64,000 bases of DNA. Source: Promethearchaeota archaeon. Lineage in GTDB: Archaea; Asgardarchaeota; Lokiarchaeia; Sigyniarchaeales; SOKP01. The notes under the pieces are model-generated. The model had not been told where the DNA came from and did no database searches. It was given only the letters and a program-made list of their open reading frames with translations. The position numbers were made by a program, and so were the translations under genes. The stretch spans positions 32,001-96,000 of the forward strand of contig JBHLMP010000005.1 in assembly GCA_048938025.1 (NCBI GenBank). The letters are read 5' to 3'. This document shows, one piece after another, positions 40,182 through 49,035 of the stretch (the first letter of the stretch is position 1; each line of letters starts with the position of its first letter).

Positions 40182-40314
40182 TCACATCACACCATTTTTC
40201 TTTTTAATAGAAGATTAGATTTTTCTAAATATAAAATTTTAGTCTTAATAACCAATATAATTCTAAAAGAAAAAAAAGAATCCTATAAAGGATTTTAATA
40301 TTTAATCTTTAATT

Positions 40315-40536
40315 TTATGATAAACCATCTAGTATTGCACATATTACAACTATTATTCCATAAAGTACTTCTGGGGCCCCAATCAAAAGACCAATTACCG
40401 CAAGAACAATACCTACAATTAATAAATCTCCTGAAAGTGAAAAATCACTGAGATAGCATACAGATAAAATTATAAAACCAATTATATTTATTATTCCTCC
40501 AGTTGCTCTTGCTTGCCATGGATAATTCCAACCCAT
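40315..40536 (-). CDS. Small hydrophobic membrane protein
   Basis: 73 aa, GGTGA SD, 2-3 hydrophobic segments. Confidence 0.6.
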   Translation of the reverse strand: MGWNYPWQARATGGIINIIGFIILSVCYLSDFSLSGDLLIVGIVLAVIGLLIGAPEVLYGIIVVICAILDGLS

Positions 40537-40600
40537 TATTCACAATCACCTTTTTTTTACTTTTTTTTATTTTTTTTTCTTTAATTGAAATATCAATTTA

Positions 40601-40645
40601 CTTCGTTTTATAGTTAAATTGTGGCAACTTTTTACGAAGTTCGAA
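40601..40645 (-). promoter_or_regulatory. Promoter module TTCGAACTTCG-N19-AACTATAAA (copy 1)
   Basis: Same 11-mer and spacing recur at 44938-44981. Confidence 0.55.
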
Positions 40646-40714
40646 TCTTATAAATAGAAGAAAAACCTAACTATAATTATAGAATCAAAAAAATAAGTAA
40701 AAAGCAAAGAAATC

Positions 40715-43198
40715 ATGAGCATAATAAATTATCCTCCTGAAGAGATATATAACCCTCCTAAATTCGAAAATAAAAATTTTGAACTTATAATTCTTTGGAT
40801 GCTATTTAATAACGAAGAATGTACATGGGCTAGTTTTACTAAAGAACCTCTTGGATTTAGTACTTCTACTTTATCCAAATATTTTAACATCCTAAAAAGT
40901 AAAGGATATGTCGATAATTATTCTCGAGGATATTATAAGATTACAGATGATGGCAAAAAGAGATTTCACGAGATATCTAGAGAAAGTAAAAAGAAGAGAA
41001 AATTAAATTATCCTCCCAAAGTAATTAGAAGGAAAAGAAATTATGATGATTGGATTCTTTGGATGGTATACAATAATACTTATTGTAAATGGTCGAATTT
41101 TCTTGAACCTCCTCTCTCCATTAATCAATCGTCATTATCAAAAAAAATGAATTTCTTATTAGAAAACGGTCTTGTAATTAAAGAAAATAAAGAGTACAGA
41201 ATTACTCACTCAGGTAAAGTAGAATATTCTAGAATGTTACAAAATTATGATTTAGACAGGCAGTCAATTTTAAATGAAGAAAGCAAAAGAATTGAAGAGA
41301 TTACTAAAAAAACATTAGAATTTTTTGAAGATTATAATATAATAGATGAAGATATTCAATTTCGGTTTCTCACAAACGTCATAAAATTAGATTATGATCG
41401 AGTTAAATCTATGCTAACAGACCAATTGGATTTTAAAAAGATTTTATTATTTCTTTCGATAAATCATCCAAATCAATATCCTGATCATATTGCACCTGAA
41501 GATTTTTCGAAGAAATATAGGATAGATATCAAGAAACTGGGGTATTACATTGATGAAATTGTAGAGAATAAGATATATCCAATTAAATTCTTCAAATTAA
41601 AAGTATCACCAGATATCTATTATTACTTTCAAGAAAATGAAACTTTAGAATTAATGCTACGAGCAATTACTGAAAAATATATTACTAAATTTACATATTT
41701 AACCAGGTTATTTTCAAGACCCTTCGATATAAATAGTATTCAAAATCATATTCTAGCAGATATATGTGATATATTATTTAACAAAGCCCTAAAGGAATCT
41801 CTGAAAAAATTTCTCCCTAATTATATCAATTATTTAGCTTATAAAATTGAAGCAAAAGTTGAATTAAAGGAAACATATGATAAGTTAGACGCTATTATTT
41901 GGCAAAATATGATAGATATATTTCAATTAAGAAATCCTGAGGACTTGGAATATCAATTTATTGGTCAGAATGAAATTAATTATCAATTAGATACTGTAAT
42001 ATTAGAAATACTAAAACCATATTATAAATCTAAATTAGATTCAACAAGTAAGGTAATACAACACTTAATCGATAAGAAAGAATATAATAAAGCCTTAGAA
42101 ACGGTAAATCCTGCTATAGAGTCAAATCAAGATTATACAATCTTAATCATTCAAAAAGCAATCATACTGTGCTATTTAAATCGTTTTAAAGATGTAAGGG
42201 ATTTTTTAAATGAAGAGTTAGAATCATCAGAGAGTAAGGAAATGGATCAAACTAACATTTTAATTTTCTTTCTTTCTGTTTTTTCAAGTATGACTATTGG
42301 AGATTTTGAAAGCGCATTAATTAATACAAATAGAATTTTTAAAAATTTTCCAAACCATCCTCTTTCTTATGCTACAAAAGGATTAACTCTTGGATATAAT
42401 CGTATTTATAAATTTGATAATGAAAAAACGCAAGAAGATTCCGGTTTAAATGATCTTGATAATGCAATTAATTTAGATTCTATCAAGTTGAATAAAGCAC
42501 TATATTATCAATTAAAAAGCCGTATTTTTCTCGAGATGAAAAAATTTGAAGATTCGATTGAAGTGATTGATAAAGCTATTACGCTAACTCCTAAGAGAAT
42601 TGACTTATATAACTCTAAAAGTGCTATTCTATTGTATTACAACCAGTATGACGATTTATTACAATTTCTTGATAAGATGCTTGAAACCTTTCCTAAAATG
42701 GAAAAGGACATTAAAATGAAAAAAGCATCTGTTTATAGGCAATTAGGAAATATAGATGCAGGATTTAAAATTATCGATGAATTGCTTGAAAAAAATCCTG
42801 AGGATTATAATATTCTTAATTATAAAGCTTATTGGTATCAGTATGCAAACAAAAAAGAAGAAGCAGTAAAAATTATTGAGCAAGTAATTGAGAATGAGCC
42901 TAATAATGGGGCATATTATGATTCATATGGTGAAATTCTCATGAATTTTGAAGAATATGAAAAAGCGGTGGAGCAATTTCAAAAAGCAATCAAAATGAGT
43001 AGTTTTGGATGGTTCATCTATCAGACTTATATTAAACTAGGCATTTGTTATAAAGAACTCGAAAACTATAAATTAGCCCTTAAAAATCTAAAGAGGGGCA
43101 AAGAATATACTAATAAATGTTTTTGTGATTATGAGACGAAGCGGAAATGGTTAACAATTGCAGATCTTTTTATTACAGAAACCGAATATTACTTATAA
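40715..43198 (+). CDS. Tandem winged-helix plus TPR protein
   Basis: Duplicated NYPP..ILWM..NN..C.W..F..P..S.LSK wHTH unit; C-terminal TPRs (YYDSYGEIL..YEKAVEQFQKAI). Confidence 0.8.
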   Translation: MSIINYPPEEIYNPPKFENKNFELIILWMLFNNEECTWASFTKEPLGFSTSTLSKYFNILKSKGYVDNYSRGYYKITDDGKKRFHEISRESKKKRKLNYPPKVIRRKRNYDDWILWMVYNNTYCKWSNFLEPPLSINQSSLSKKMNFLLENGLVIKENKEYRITHSGKVEYSRMLQNYDLDRQSILNEESKRIEEITKKTLEFFEDYNIIDEDIQFRFLTNVIKLDYDRVKSMLTDQLDFKKILLFLSINHPNQYPDHIAPEDFSKKYRIDIKKLGYYIDEIVENKIYPIKFFKLKVSPDIYYYFQENETLELMLRAITEKYITKFTYLTRLFSRPFDINSIQNHILADICDILFNKALKESLKKFLPNYINYLAYKIEAKVELKETYDKLDAIIWQNMIDIFQLRNPEDLEYQFIGQNEINYQLDTVILEILKPYYKSKLDSTSKVIQHLIDKKEYNKALETVNPAIESNQDYTILIIQKAIILCYLNRFKDVRDFLNEELESSESKEMDQTNILIFFLSVFSSMTIGDFESALINTNRIFKNFPNHPLSYATKGLTLGYNRIYKFDNEKTQEDSGLNDLDNAINLDSIKLNKALYYQLKSRIFLEMKKFEDSIEVIDKAITLTPKRIDLYNSKSAILLYYNQYDDLLQFLDKMLETFPKMEKDIKMKKASVYRQLGNIDAGFKIIDELLEKNPEDYNILNYKAYWYQYANKKEEAVKIIEQVIENEPNNGAYYDSYGEILMNFEEYEKAVEQFQKAIKMSSFGWFIYQTYIKLGICYKELENYKLALKNLKRGKEYTNKCFCDYETKRKWLTIADLFITETEYYL

Positions 43199-43223
43199 AT
43201 CTCTTTTTATTCAAACCAATTTG

Positions 43224-43910
43224 TTAAATTAAAAATCCTTTAAATATTGCTAAACTTCCTACATCAATTGCGATTAATGCCATAACTTCAATTACTGTTT
43301 CAATTGGGCGGAAAAACCCTGCAGTTACGTTGATAAAAAGAGCTATAACGACTATAATTACTCCTATAGAAAACCATTGTATTCTCTTTTTCGTTTTTTT
43401 CTCTATTTTTCTGGTCATCATAATATATTTGTACACAACATAAAGGCTCATTACTATCCTGAGAACATTAACGAAAATAAACCAACCACGAGGAGTTGTA
43501 GTATTGACAATATCCTGTTCATAACTATCCATATCTAATTTTGGAACCCAGATAAAATATCCCAAACTCATTACTAAAAATAGCACCATCATTGTTCCAA
43601 AGTATTGAAGACTCATTGCAACTTTCGCAAATTTTTCCAATATAAAAACTGTCATCATTAAAGAGACAATGGCAAAATTGAAAAAAATATGGGCAGTTAC
43701 CATAAGAGGAATAATAATATCTGAGTTATTTGTAATCAAATGGTAAATTGTATAGGTTAAAAACCCTAAAGAAGAGGAAATAAAGAACAACATAAACCAC
43801 CTATTTAACCAATTAGCGGGATTTAAAGTTAAGACCCGAAATCCTACAACCAATGCCATTATTGTTGTTATTACAGCAGTAATCGCTTTAATTAAATTAA
43901 CAATATCCAT
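43224..43910 (-). CDS. Stand-alone 7-TM protein (HisKA_7TM-like sensor fold)
   Basis: Seven hydrophobic helices; LNRWF after TM1; basic loop before TM6; ends at TM7. Confidence 0.7.
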   Translation of the reverse strand: MDIVNLIKAITAVITTIMALVVGFRVLTLNPANWLNRWFMLFFISSSLGFLTYTIYHLITNNSDIIIPLMVTAHIFFNFAIVSLMMTVFILEKFAKVAMSLQYFGTMMVLFLVMSLGYFIWVPKLDMDSYEQDIVNTTTPRGWFIFVNVLRIVMSLYVVYKYIMMTRKIEKKTKKRIQWFSIGVIIVVIALFINVTAGFFRPIETVIEVMALIAIDVGSLAIFKGFLI

Positions 43911-43961
43911 ATAATTTCACCCATCATAATCATTTAAAAAGTTTTTATATTAGGATAGGAA

Positions 43962-44915
43962 CTAGTTTGGATTATAATTGTCTACAATTTCAACAGTGTA
44001 TTCTTGTTCAGATAAAGAGCGAGACCCTATAAAAGTCCAATCAACTTTACCAATTAGCCATTTACCCTCCAAGTTTCTTCCTATGTTAATTTTCACTACA
44101 ATTCCATATTTATGCATCTTATTTTCAATACCAATACAAAAATTTCCTAAAGAATACGCAATTAATTTATTAACATTATCAACGGTGAAAACTGATACCG
44201 GTTGTGGACAGTGCGAATGATGCCCAATCAAACCATCAAATTCATGTAATAAAATTCTACCATGATTAATAGTTTTTATACGCGGATATAATTCCATTTC
44301 ATAACCCCAATGGGGGAATAATAAATTAAATGAATCCGTTTTAAGAAATTGTACTGAATCTTCAAATTTTGTTAAATAATTGCAAGGTTTGTTTGACCAT
44401 TGAGTACTTCCAATAACTCTTAACTCATTCGTTATATCTTGAAAAGGGGTTTCTTTATTACCAAAAACGTTAAAACCTCGTTCTTTTAATTGATCTATCG
44501 AATTTGAAAACCATAGTTGACCATAATCACCGCTATGATTATTTGCTGTTGATAAATATGTGTTTTTTGATTGGAATAAAGTTTCAAGAGCGTCCATTAT
44601 TTGAGGTTTATGTCTTTTTTTCGCAAATTTTTTTTCTGAAGTTAGAGTTGCCTCAAAATTACCAATAAGAAAGTCTGATCCTCTTACGAAATTTTTAACA
44701 CTCTTATCAATTATTAAATCTTTTGAACTCATGTCCATAATGTCCCCTATAAAAGAAATGGTGTATTTTGGGGTAATATTGTTTAATAAATAGCTTTTGG
44801 ATATGTAGTTAATATTACCCTCATTCTTTATAGCAGGACCAACAATAAAACGTTTAATCCAAGACATGTTCTCCTTTAATGGATAAGGAGAGAAATTAAT
44901 TTTATCTGCGAGCAT
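43962..44915 (-). CDS. CapA family metallophosphoesterase
   Basis: GDIM, NFE, ANNHS.D, HWG.E, GHHSH and YSLGNF motifs. Confidence 0.88.
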   Translation of the reverse strand: MLADKINFSPYPLKENMSWIKRFIVGPAIKNEGNINYISKSYLLNNITPKYTISFIGDIMDMSSKDLIIDKSVKNFVRGSDFLIGNFEATLTSEKKFAKKRHKPQIMDALETLFQSKNTYLSTANNHSGDYGQLWFSNSIDQLKERGFNVFGNKETPFQDITNELRVIGSTQWSNKPCNYLTKFEDSVQFLKTDSFNLLFPHWGYEMELYPRIKTINHGRILLHEFDGLIGHHSHCPQPVSVFTVDNVNKLIAYSLGNFCIGIENKMHKYGIVVKINIGRNLEGKWLIGKVDWTFIGSRSLSEQEYTVEIVDNYNPN

Positions 44916-44937
44916 TATAAATTTTTATACGAAAGAA

Positions 44938-44981
44938 CTTCATTTATAGTTTCCATCACGAGATTTTCAGCGAAGTTCGAA
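44938..44981 (-). promoter_or_regulatory. Promoter module TTCGAACTTCG-N19-AACTATAAA (copy 2)
   Basis: TATA-like element about 28 nt above the CapA ATG; same spacing as copy 1. Confidence 0.55.
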
Positions 44982-45083
44982 GAAGATAAAAGGTCTTGGA
45001 ATATTAAAAGATACACAAATTTTTTATGAGAATTACAAATATTTTAAATGAAATTTCAAAATAAAGAAAAAAAAATTTGAAAA

Positions 45084-45542
45084 ATGGCAGTTTTAGAGGT
45101 TGGGATTAATCTAGGCCCAAAAAATTTAGTTGAAATCAAGTATTATTCATCTGTAGATAAGGTCCTAGATCCTAAAATACGTGCTAAATTTTTAACTGGA
45201 CTAGAAGATTACATTTCTGAGGTATATGATGATAAAATAAATGTAATATCCTTTGCAAACTTCCAAATTGTCTGTTATTATAAAATGATTGAAGTTCCAA
45301 GTAAAGAACAAGATCCTGCTCAACCATTATTATCATTTGCCATTATTGAAAAAGGTACAAATACAACTTTTGTAAAACAACATTTAAAGAAAATTATCTC
45401 ATCTTTTCGAAAACAATTTGATCTTCATGAGATTTTTTCAAAAAAACCTATTACTTTTAAACGTTTTGAGCCCGAAATTGATGAAATTTTAGGAGATTTG
45501 AAATTGAAAATAGAAGACCGTATTGGATCACTCTTCCGATAA
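45084..45542 (+). CDS. Longin-like domain protein
   Basis: Predicted beta-beta-alpha-beta-beta-beta-alpha-alpha pattern, FLTGL..Y..EV helix and F..F...IDEIL tail; adjacent to a GTPase. Confidence 0.6.
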   Translation: MAVLEVGINLGPKNLVEIKYYSSVDKVLDPKIRAKFLTGLEDYISEVYDDKINVISFANFQIVCYYKMIEVPSKEQDPAQPLLSFAIIEKGTNTTFVKQHLKKIISSFRKQFDLHEIFSKKPITFKRFEPEIDEILGDLKLKIEDRIGSLFR

Positions 45543-45726
45543 TGGTCCCTTAAAGTCTTAAAGGAGTATTATTACAGAAAAAAATTAAATATTATCTAAT
45601 AAAATTGAAATTATTAGAAAGTTTTCTAAAACTTATAAGTAAATATTAAATATATTTTCTGCATAAACTTACATCTAGAAAAAAAAGTTTGCGATTTGGA
45701 AACCACAAATTCTAAAGGAGTATTCA

Positions 45727-46356
45727 ATGGTTCGATTTACGGAAGATAATAGGGCGCATATAAAAATCCTCTATTGGGGAATGGCTAGTTCAGGAAAAAC
45801 AACAATCGTAGATACGCTTTATAGATTAACAAAAGAAGATGAAAAAGATATTAAACCTGTTGGAAATTTAACTAAAATTTCTACGGCTAGCGGTGCTACT
45901 TTATATTTTGATCGTGGAACCTTTCAATCAACCAACCAAGAAAGTAGAAAAAATCTAACTTTCCATGTGTACACCGTGGCAGGTCAAAGAAAATTCTCTC
46001 CCTTAAGAAAAAAGATATACACAGGTACAGATGGTGTTATTTTTACTGTTGATTCCCAAACACACTTATTCGAAGATAATATAGAATCCCTAAAGGAATT
46101 AAAAAATATGGCGCGAGGAGATTTATTAACAAAAATACCCCTCATAGTCATTTTAAATAAGCAAGATTTGAAAAATGTAATTGATATAGAAGATTTTAAA
46201 CATGTCTTAAAAGATGAAAATCTATGGCATGAACCAGATCATGAATTATACCATCAAAATCCCATCATTTATAAAACCTGTGCTTTATATGAGAAAAGGA
46301 AAAATATATATCGTAGCTTTTATGAATGTGTAAGACGGACACTAAACGGTAATTGA
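45727..46356 (+). CDS. MglA-family small GTPase
   Basis: KILYWG..SGKTT, TLYFD, YTVAGQ, DGVIF.VDSQ and NKQD motifs. Confidence 0.88.
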   Translation: MVRFTEDNRAHIKILYWGMASSGKTTIVDTLYRLTKEDEKDIKPVGNLTKISTASGATLYFDRGTFQSTNQESRKNLTFHVYTVAGQRKFSPLRKKIYTGTDGVIFTVDSQTHLFEDNIESLKELKNMARGDLLTKIPLIVILNKQDLKNVIDIEDFKHVLKDENLWHEPDHELYHQNPIIYKTCALYEKRKNIYRSFYECVRRTLNGN

Positions 46357-46466
46357 TATCTTCCATTCCTTATAGTTTCAAGTCCCCACTCCACCTAAAA
46401 GCCTAGGATTAACGGGTCAACTACATGCCAAATGTTATTTCAATGAAAATTTTTCTTATTTAAAAG

Positions 46467-47735
46467 TTGATGATGATACAAAAAGGATATTCTAAAATAA
46501 TTGGAAATGATTTGGTCTTACGAGTAGCTATTGATGATCCAGATGAATTACAAAGGCTTCTCTCATTTAATCTAACTGTGCATCAAGAAGAATCCTTAAA
46601 AAAATATATAAATCGCTTATATTTGGAACATCCTGAGAGAGATAAAATCTATTGGATTTATATAGAAAAAAAGGATTCCAATAAAATAGTTTCTTCTATT
46701 ACACTAATGCCATTAGAATGGAATTTTAATGGAATACCAATTCCTATATGTGAAATGGGGCTTGTAGGTACTCTACCTAAATATAGAAATAGGGGGCTTA
46801 TGGGAATTATGAATAATTTATATGAAGAAATCATGAGACAAGAAGGATACCTCCTTTCTGTAATTAGAGGGATTCCCTATTATTATCGAAGATTTGGATA
46901 TGAATTTGCTTTAAATCTAGATGAACACATAGTATTAAATAAAAATCAAGTCCCTTCAAGAAAGCTTGAAATGATATCTTTTCAAAAAGCTACAAAACAA
47001 GATTTAGCTTTCATTAAATCGATTTATAATAAAGAACAAGAAGAATTTTTTATATCAAACAGATTTAATTCAGATAATTTTATGTATAAATTCATGAATG
47101 ATGATTTTGATAATAATTTTTTAAGTACATTTCTTATAAAGATAAAAGGAAAGCCAATTTCTTATTTTTCTATTGGTCTATCTTATGATAATGTTGCTTT
47201 TTCACTTATAGTTCCGGAAGTCAATGAAGAAATTATGATTAAGATTTTACAATACGTTGAAATCCTTAATGAGAAAAAGGATCAAATTGTCTTTCACGTA
47301 AATTCTGACACTAAATTTGCCCAATATATTTGCTCAATAGGTGGAAAGAGAGATTTAGGTTATGGCTGGCAAATCAGAATCCCAAATATCAAAGATTTTT
47401 TGCATGCTATTAGTCCGGTATTAGAACAAAGAATAGAAAGATCTTCATATAAAGGATTATCTCAAGATATTGTAATTAGTGATTATAGAGAGATTTTTAC
47501 TTTAAGATTCAAAAATGGGAAAGTTGAAGATTTTGAGGCAAAAAAGGGATATCCTTTTCCAGGAAGTTGCGATGTTCAAATACCTAGCTCAACTCTAATA
47601 AAATTACTTCTTTCAGATAAAACTTTTGAAGAAATTAAATATATTCTCAAAGATTCAATTTTGAAACCAGAGTCAGAAAAATTGATCAAAATTCTATTTC
47701 CAAAAAAAGCATCTATTCCTGATACATATTACTAA
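46467..47735 (+). CDS. Eis-like GNAT acetyltransferase with SCP2-like C-terminus
   Basis: VGTLPKYRNRGL and GIPYYYRRFGYE motifs. Confidence 0.85.
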   Translation: MMMIQKGYSKIIGNDLVLRVAIDDPDELQRLLSFNLTVHQEESLKKYINRLYLEHPERDKIYWIYIEKKDSNKIVSSITLMPLEWNFNGIPIPICEMGLVGTLPKYRNRGLMGIMNNLYEEIMRQEGYLLSVIRGIPYYYRRFGYEFALNLDEHIVLNKNQVPSRKLEMISFQKATKQDLAFIKSIYNKEQEEFFISNRFNSDNFMYKFMNDDFDNNFLSTFLIKIKGKPISYFSIGLSYDNVAFSLIVPEVNEEIMIKILQYVEILNEKKDQIVFHVNSDTKFAQYICSIGGKRDLGYGWQIRIPNIKDFLHAISPVLEQRIERSSYKGLSQDIVISDYREIFTLRFKNGKVEDFEAKKGYPFPGSCDVQIPSSTLIKLLLSDKTFEEIKYILKDSILKPESEKLIKILFPKKASIPDTYY

Positions 47736-47736
47736 A

Positions 47737-47856
47737 ATATTCTGCTGCCTTTCTCTCGACTTCCACTCCTTTTTCACTTAATCTAAACGCTGCAGAGATA
47801 ATTACCAGCTTTCTTATAATATCGGAATGTTCGGTAGCTAAATAATGAACAATTTC
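47737..47856 (-). pseudogene. Internal remnant of an alpha/beta hydrolase gene
   Basis: Reads EIVHYLATEHSDIIRKLVIISAAFRLSEKGVEVERKAAEY (post-nucleophile helix and strand). Confidence 0.45.
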
Positions 47857-47909
47857 GTATTTTATTATTAGGATAATTAATAGGAATCATTATTTAAATT
47901 CTACTTTAA

Positions 47910-48245
47910 TTACTTTTCGCTTAAGCTACCTAATACCTGCTCCATTTTTTTTCGATATAGTTCAAATGCTTCTCGACCTTTTACACTAAGTTTCAGCATT
48001 GTTTGAGGTTTTTTTCCTTTGAATTTCTTTTCAATATCTACATATCCAGCAGATTCGAGCTTACTTAAATGAGAAGATAGATTTCCATCAGTAAGACCCG
48101 TTTGATTTCTTAAGAAAACAAAATCAGCACTCTCAACTACATATAAATATGACATTATCATTAACCTTGCCGGTTCATGAATAATTTTATCAATATCACT
48201 GAGAGGTCGGACGAATTCTTTTGATTCTGTTTTCTTTTTTACGAT
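47910..48245 (-). CDS. Winged-helix transcriptional regulator (HTH_34-type), probable ATC start
   Basis: DKIIHEPARL..F..LTDGNLSSHLSKLE..GYV; the HEPARL helix lies upstream of the first ATG. Confidence 0.85.
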   Translation of the reverse strand: MVKKKTESKEFVRPLSDIDKIIHEPARLMIMSYLYVVESADFVFLRNQTGLTDGNLSSHLSKLESAGYVDIEKKFKGKKPQTMLKLSVKGREAFELYRKKMEQVLGSLSEK

Positions 48246-48248
48246 TTC

Positions 48249-48896
48249 TTATGGCACCTCGTTTTTAGATAATGGATACTTTTTTAGAAAATGAATAAAA
48301 AAATATAATCCGATTACTATAATTATCCCTCCTATGAACCCAAAAATAATAATAAAATCTAAAGGATTACCTACAATTGGATTTAGTAAATCGGTAAGAA
48401 AAAATCCTAATCCCCCTGAAAAAGCATAATAATATAATCTTGTAAAATCTAAGTAATAAGCTATGACACAAAACGGAATAGTAAATATTCCAAAACCTAA
48501 CAATATTGTTATAAGGAAAGGTTGAATTTGGCTATAATCTATTATACCTATAAGGCGCAACAGAAATAAAATCAAATTTACAATAAATACACCTAGTAAA
48601 AAAATTTTTAACTTTAATTGTTTTGACTTGCGTTTTGGTCCAAATTTAACGTATCCAACGCGAGGAGTTGTTATATATTTTTTACCTAAAATAAATATTA
48701 GTAAAGTTATGATGTTCCATACTAAAGAGGAAATAAGGACAGCTAAGAAACCAAGCGATTCAAAAACAAAATTAAATAATGGCCCCATTCCAACATTTAA
48801 AATTAGCATTCCAGTGAATAAATCCCATAAACCATCATTGAATACAGATCTATATGCTTTTTTCTCAATTTCCTTTAAATCAACTTTTTCGGTCAT
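48249..48896 (-). CDS. Membrane protein (DGLWD..PR.GYVKF type) of the wHTH/ABC operon
   Basis: Several TMs; ATG 5 nt after GGTGA. Confidence 0.75.
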   Translation of the reverse strand: MTEKVDLKEIEKKAYRSVFNDGLWDLFTGMLILNVGMGPLFNFVFESLGFLAVLISSLVWNIITLLIFILGKKYITTPRVGYVKFGPKRKSKQLKLKIFLLGVFIVNLILFLLRLIGIIDYSQIQPFLITILLGFGIFTIPFCVIAYYLDFTRLYYYAFSGGLGFFLTDLLNPIVGNPLDFIIIFGFIGGIIIVIGLYFFIHFLKKYPLSKNEVP

Positions 48897-49035
48897 TTTT
48901 TTCACCTTAAATTCTTAAGATATGATTCTTAAAAATATCCTTTTCATATATTTCTCCTCCCTTGATTTATTTTTTTTTATTTCTTAATTGATAAATAGAA
49001 AAAAAAATGAAAAATAAATAAAATCTTAGAAATAT

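Noticed and set aside
40182-40187. In-frame ATG-TGA ahead of the Rab-like GTPase, read as possible selenocysteine or read-through
   Set aside because: Sec at residue 2 of a GTPase has no rationale and I saw no SECIS-like hairpin; these bases more likely form the SD-like GTGA for an ATA/ATT start.
46372-46400. tRNA-3'-like string TTCAAGTCCCCACTCCACC (possible att site)
   Set aside because: No T-stem pairing or cloverleaf, and no integrase nearby.
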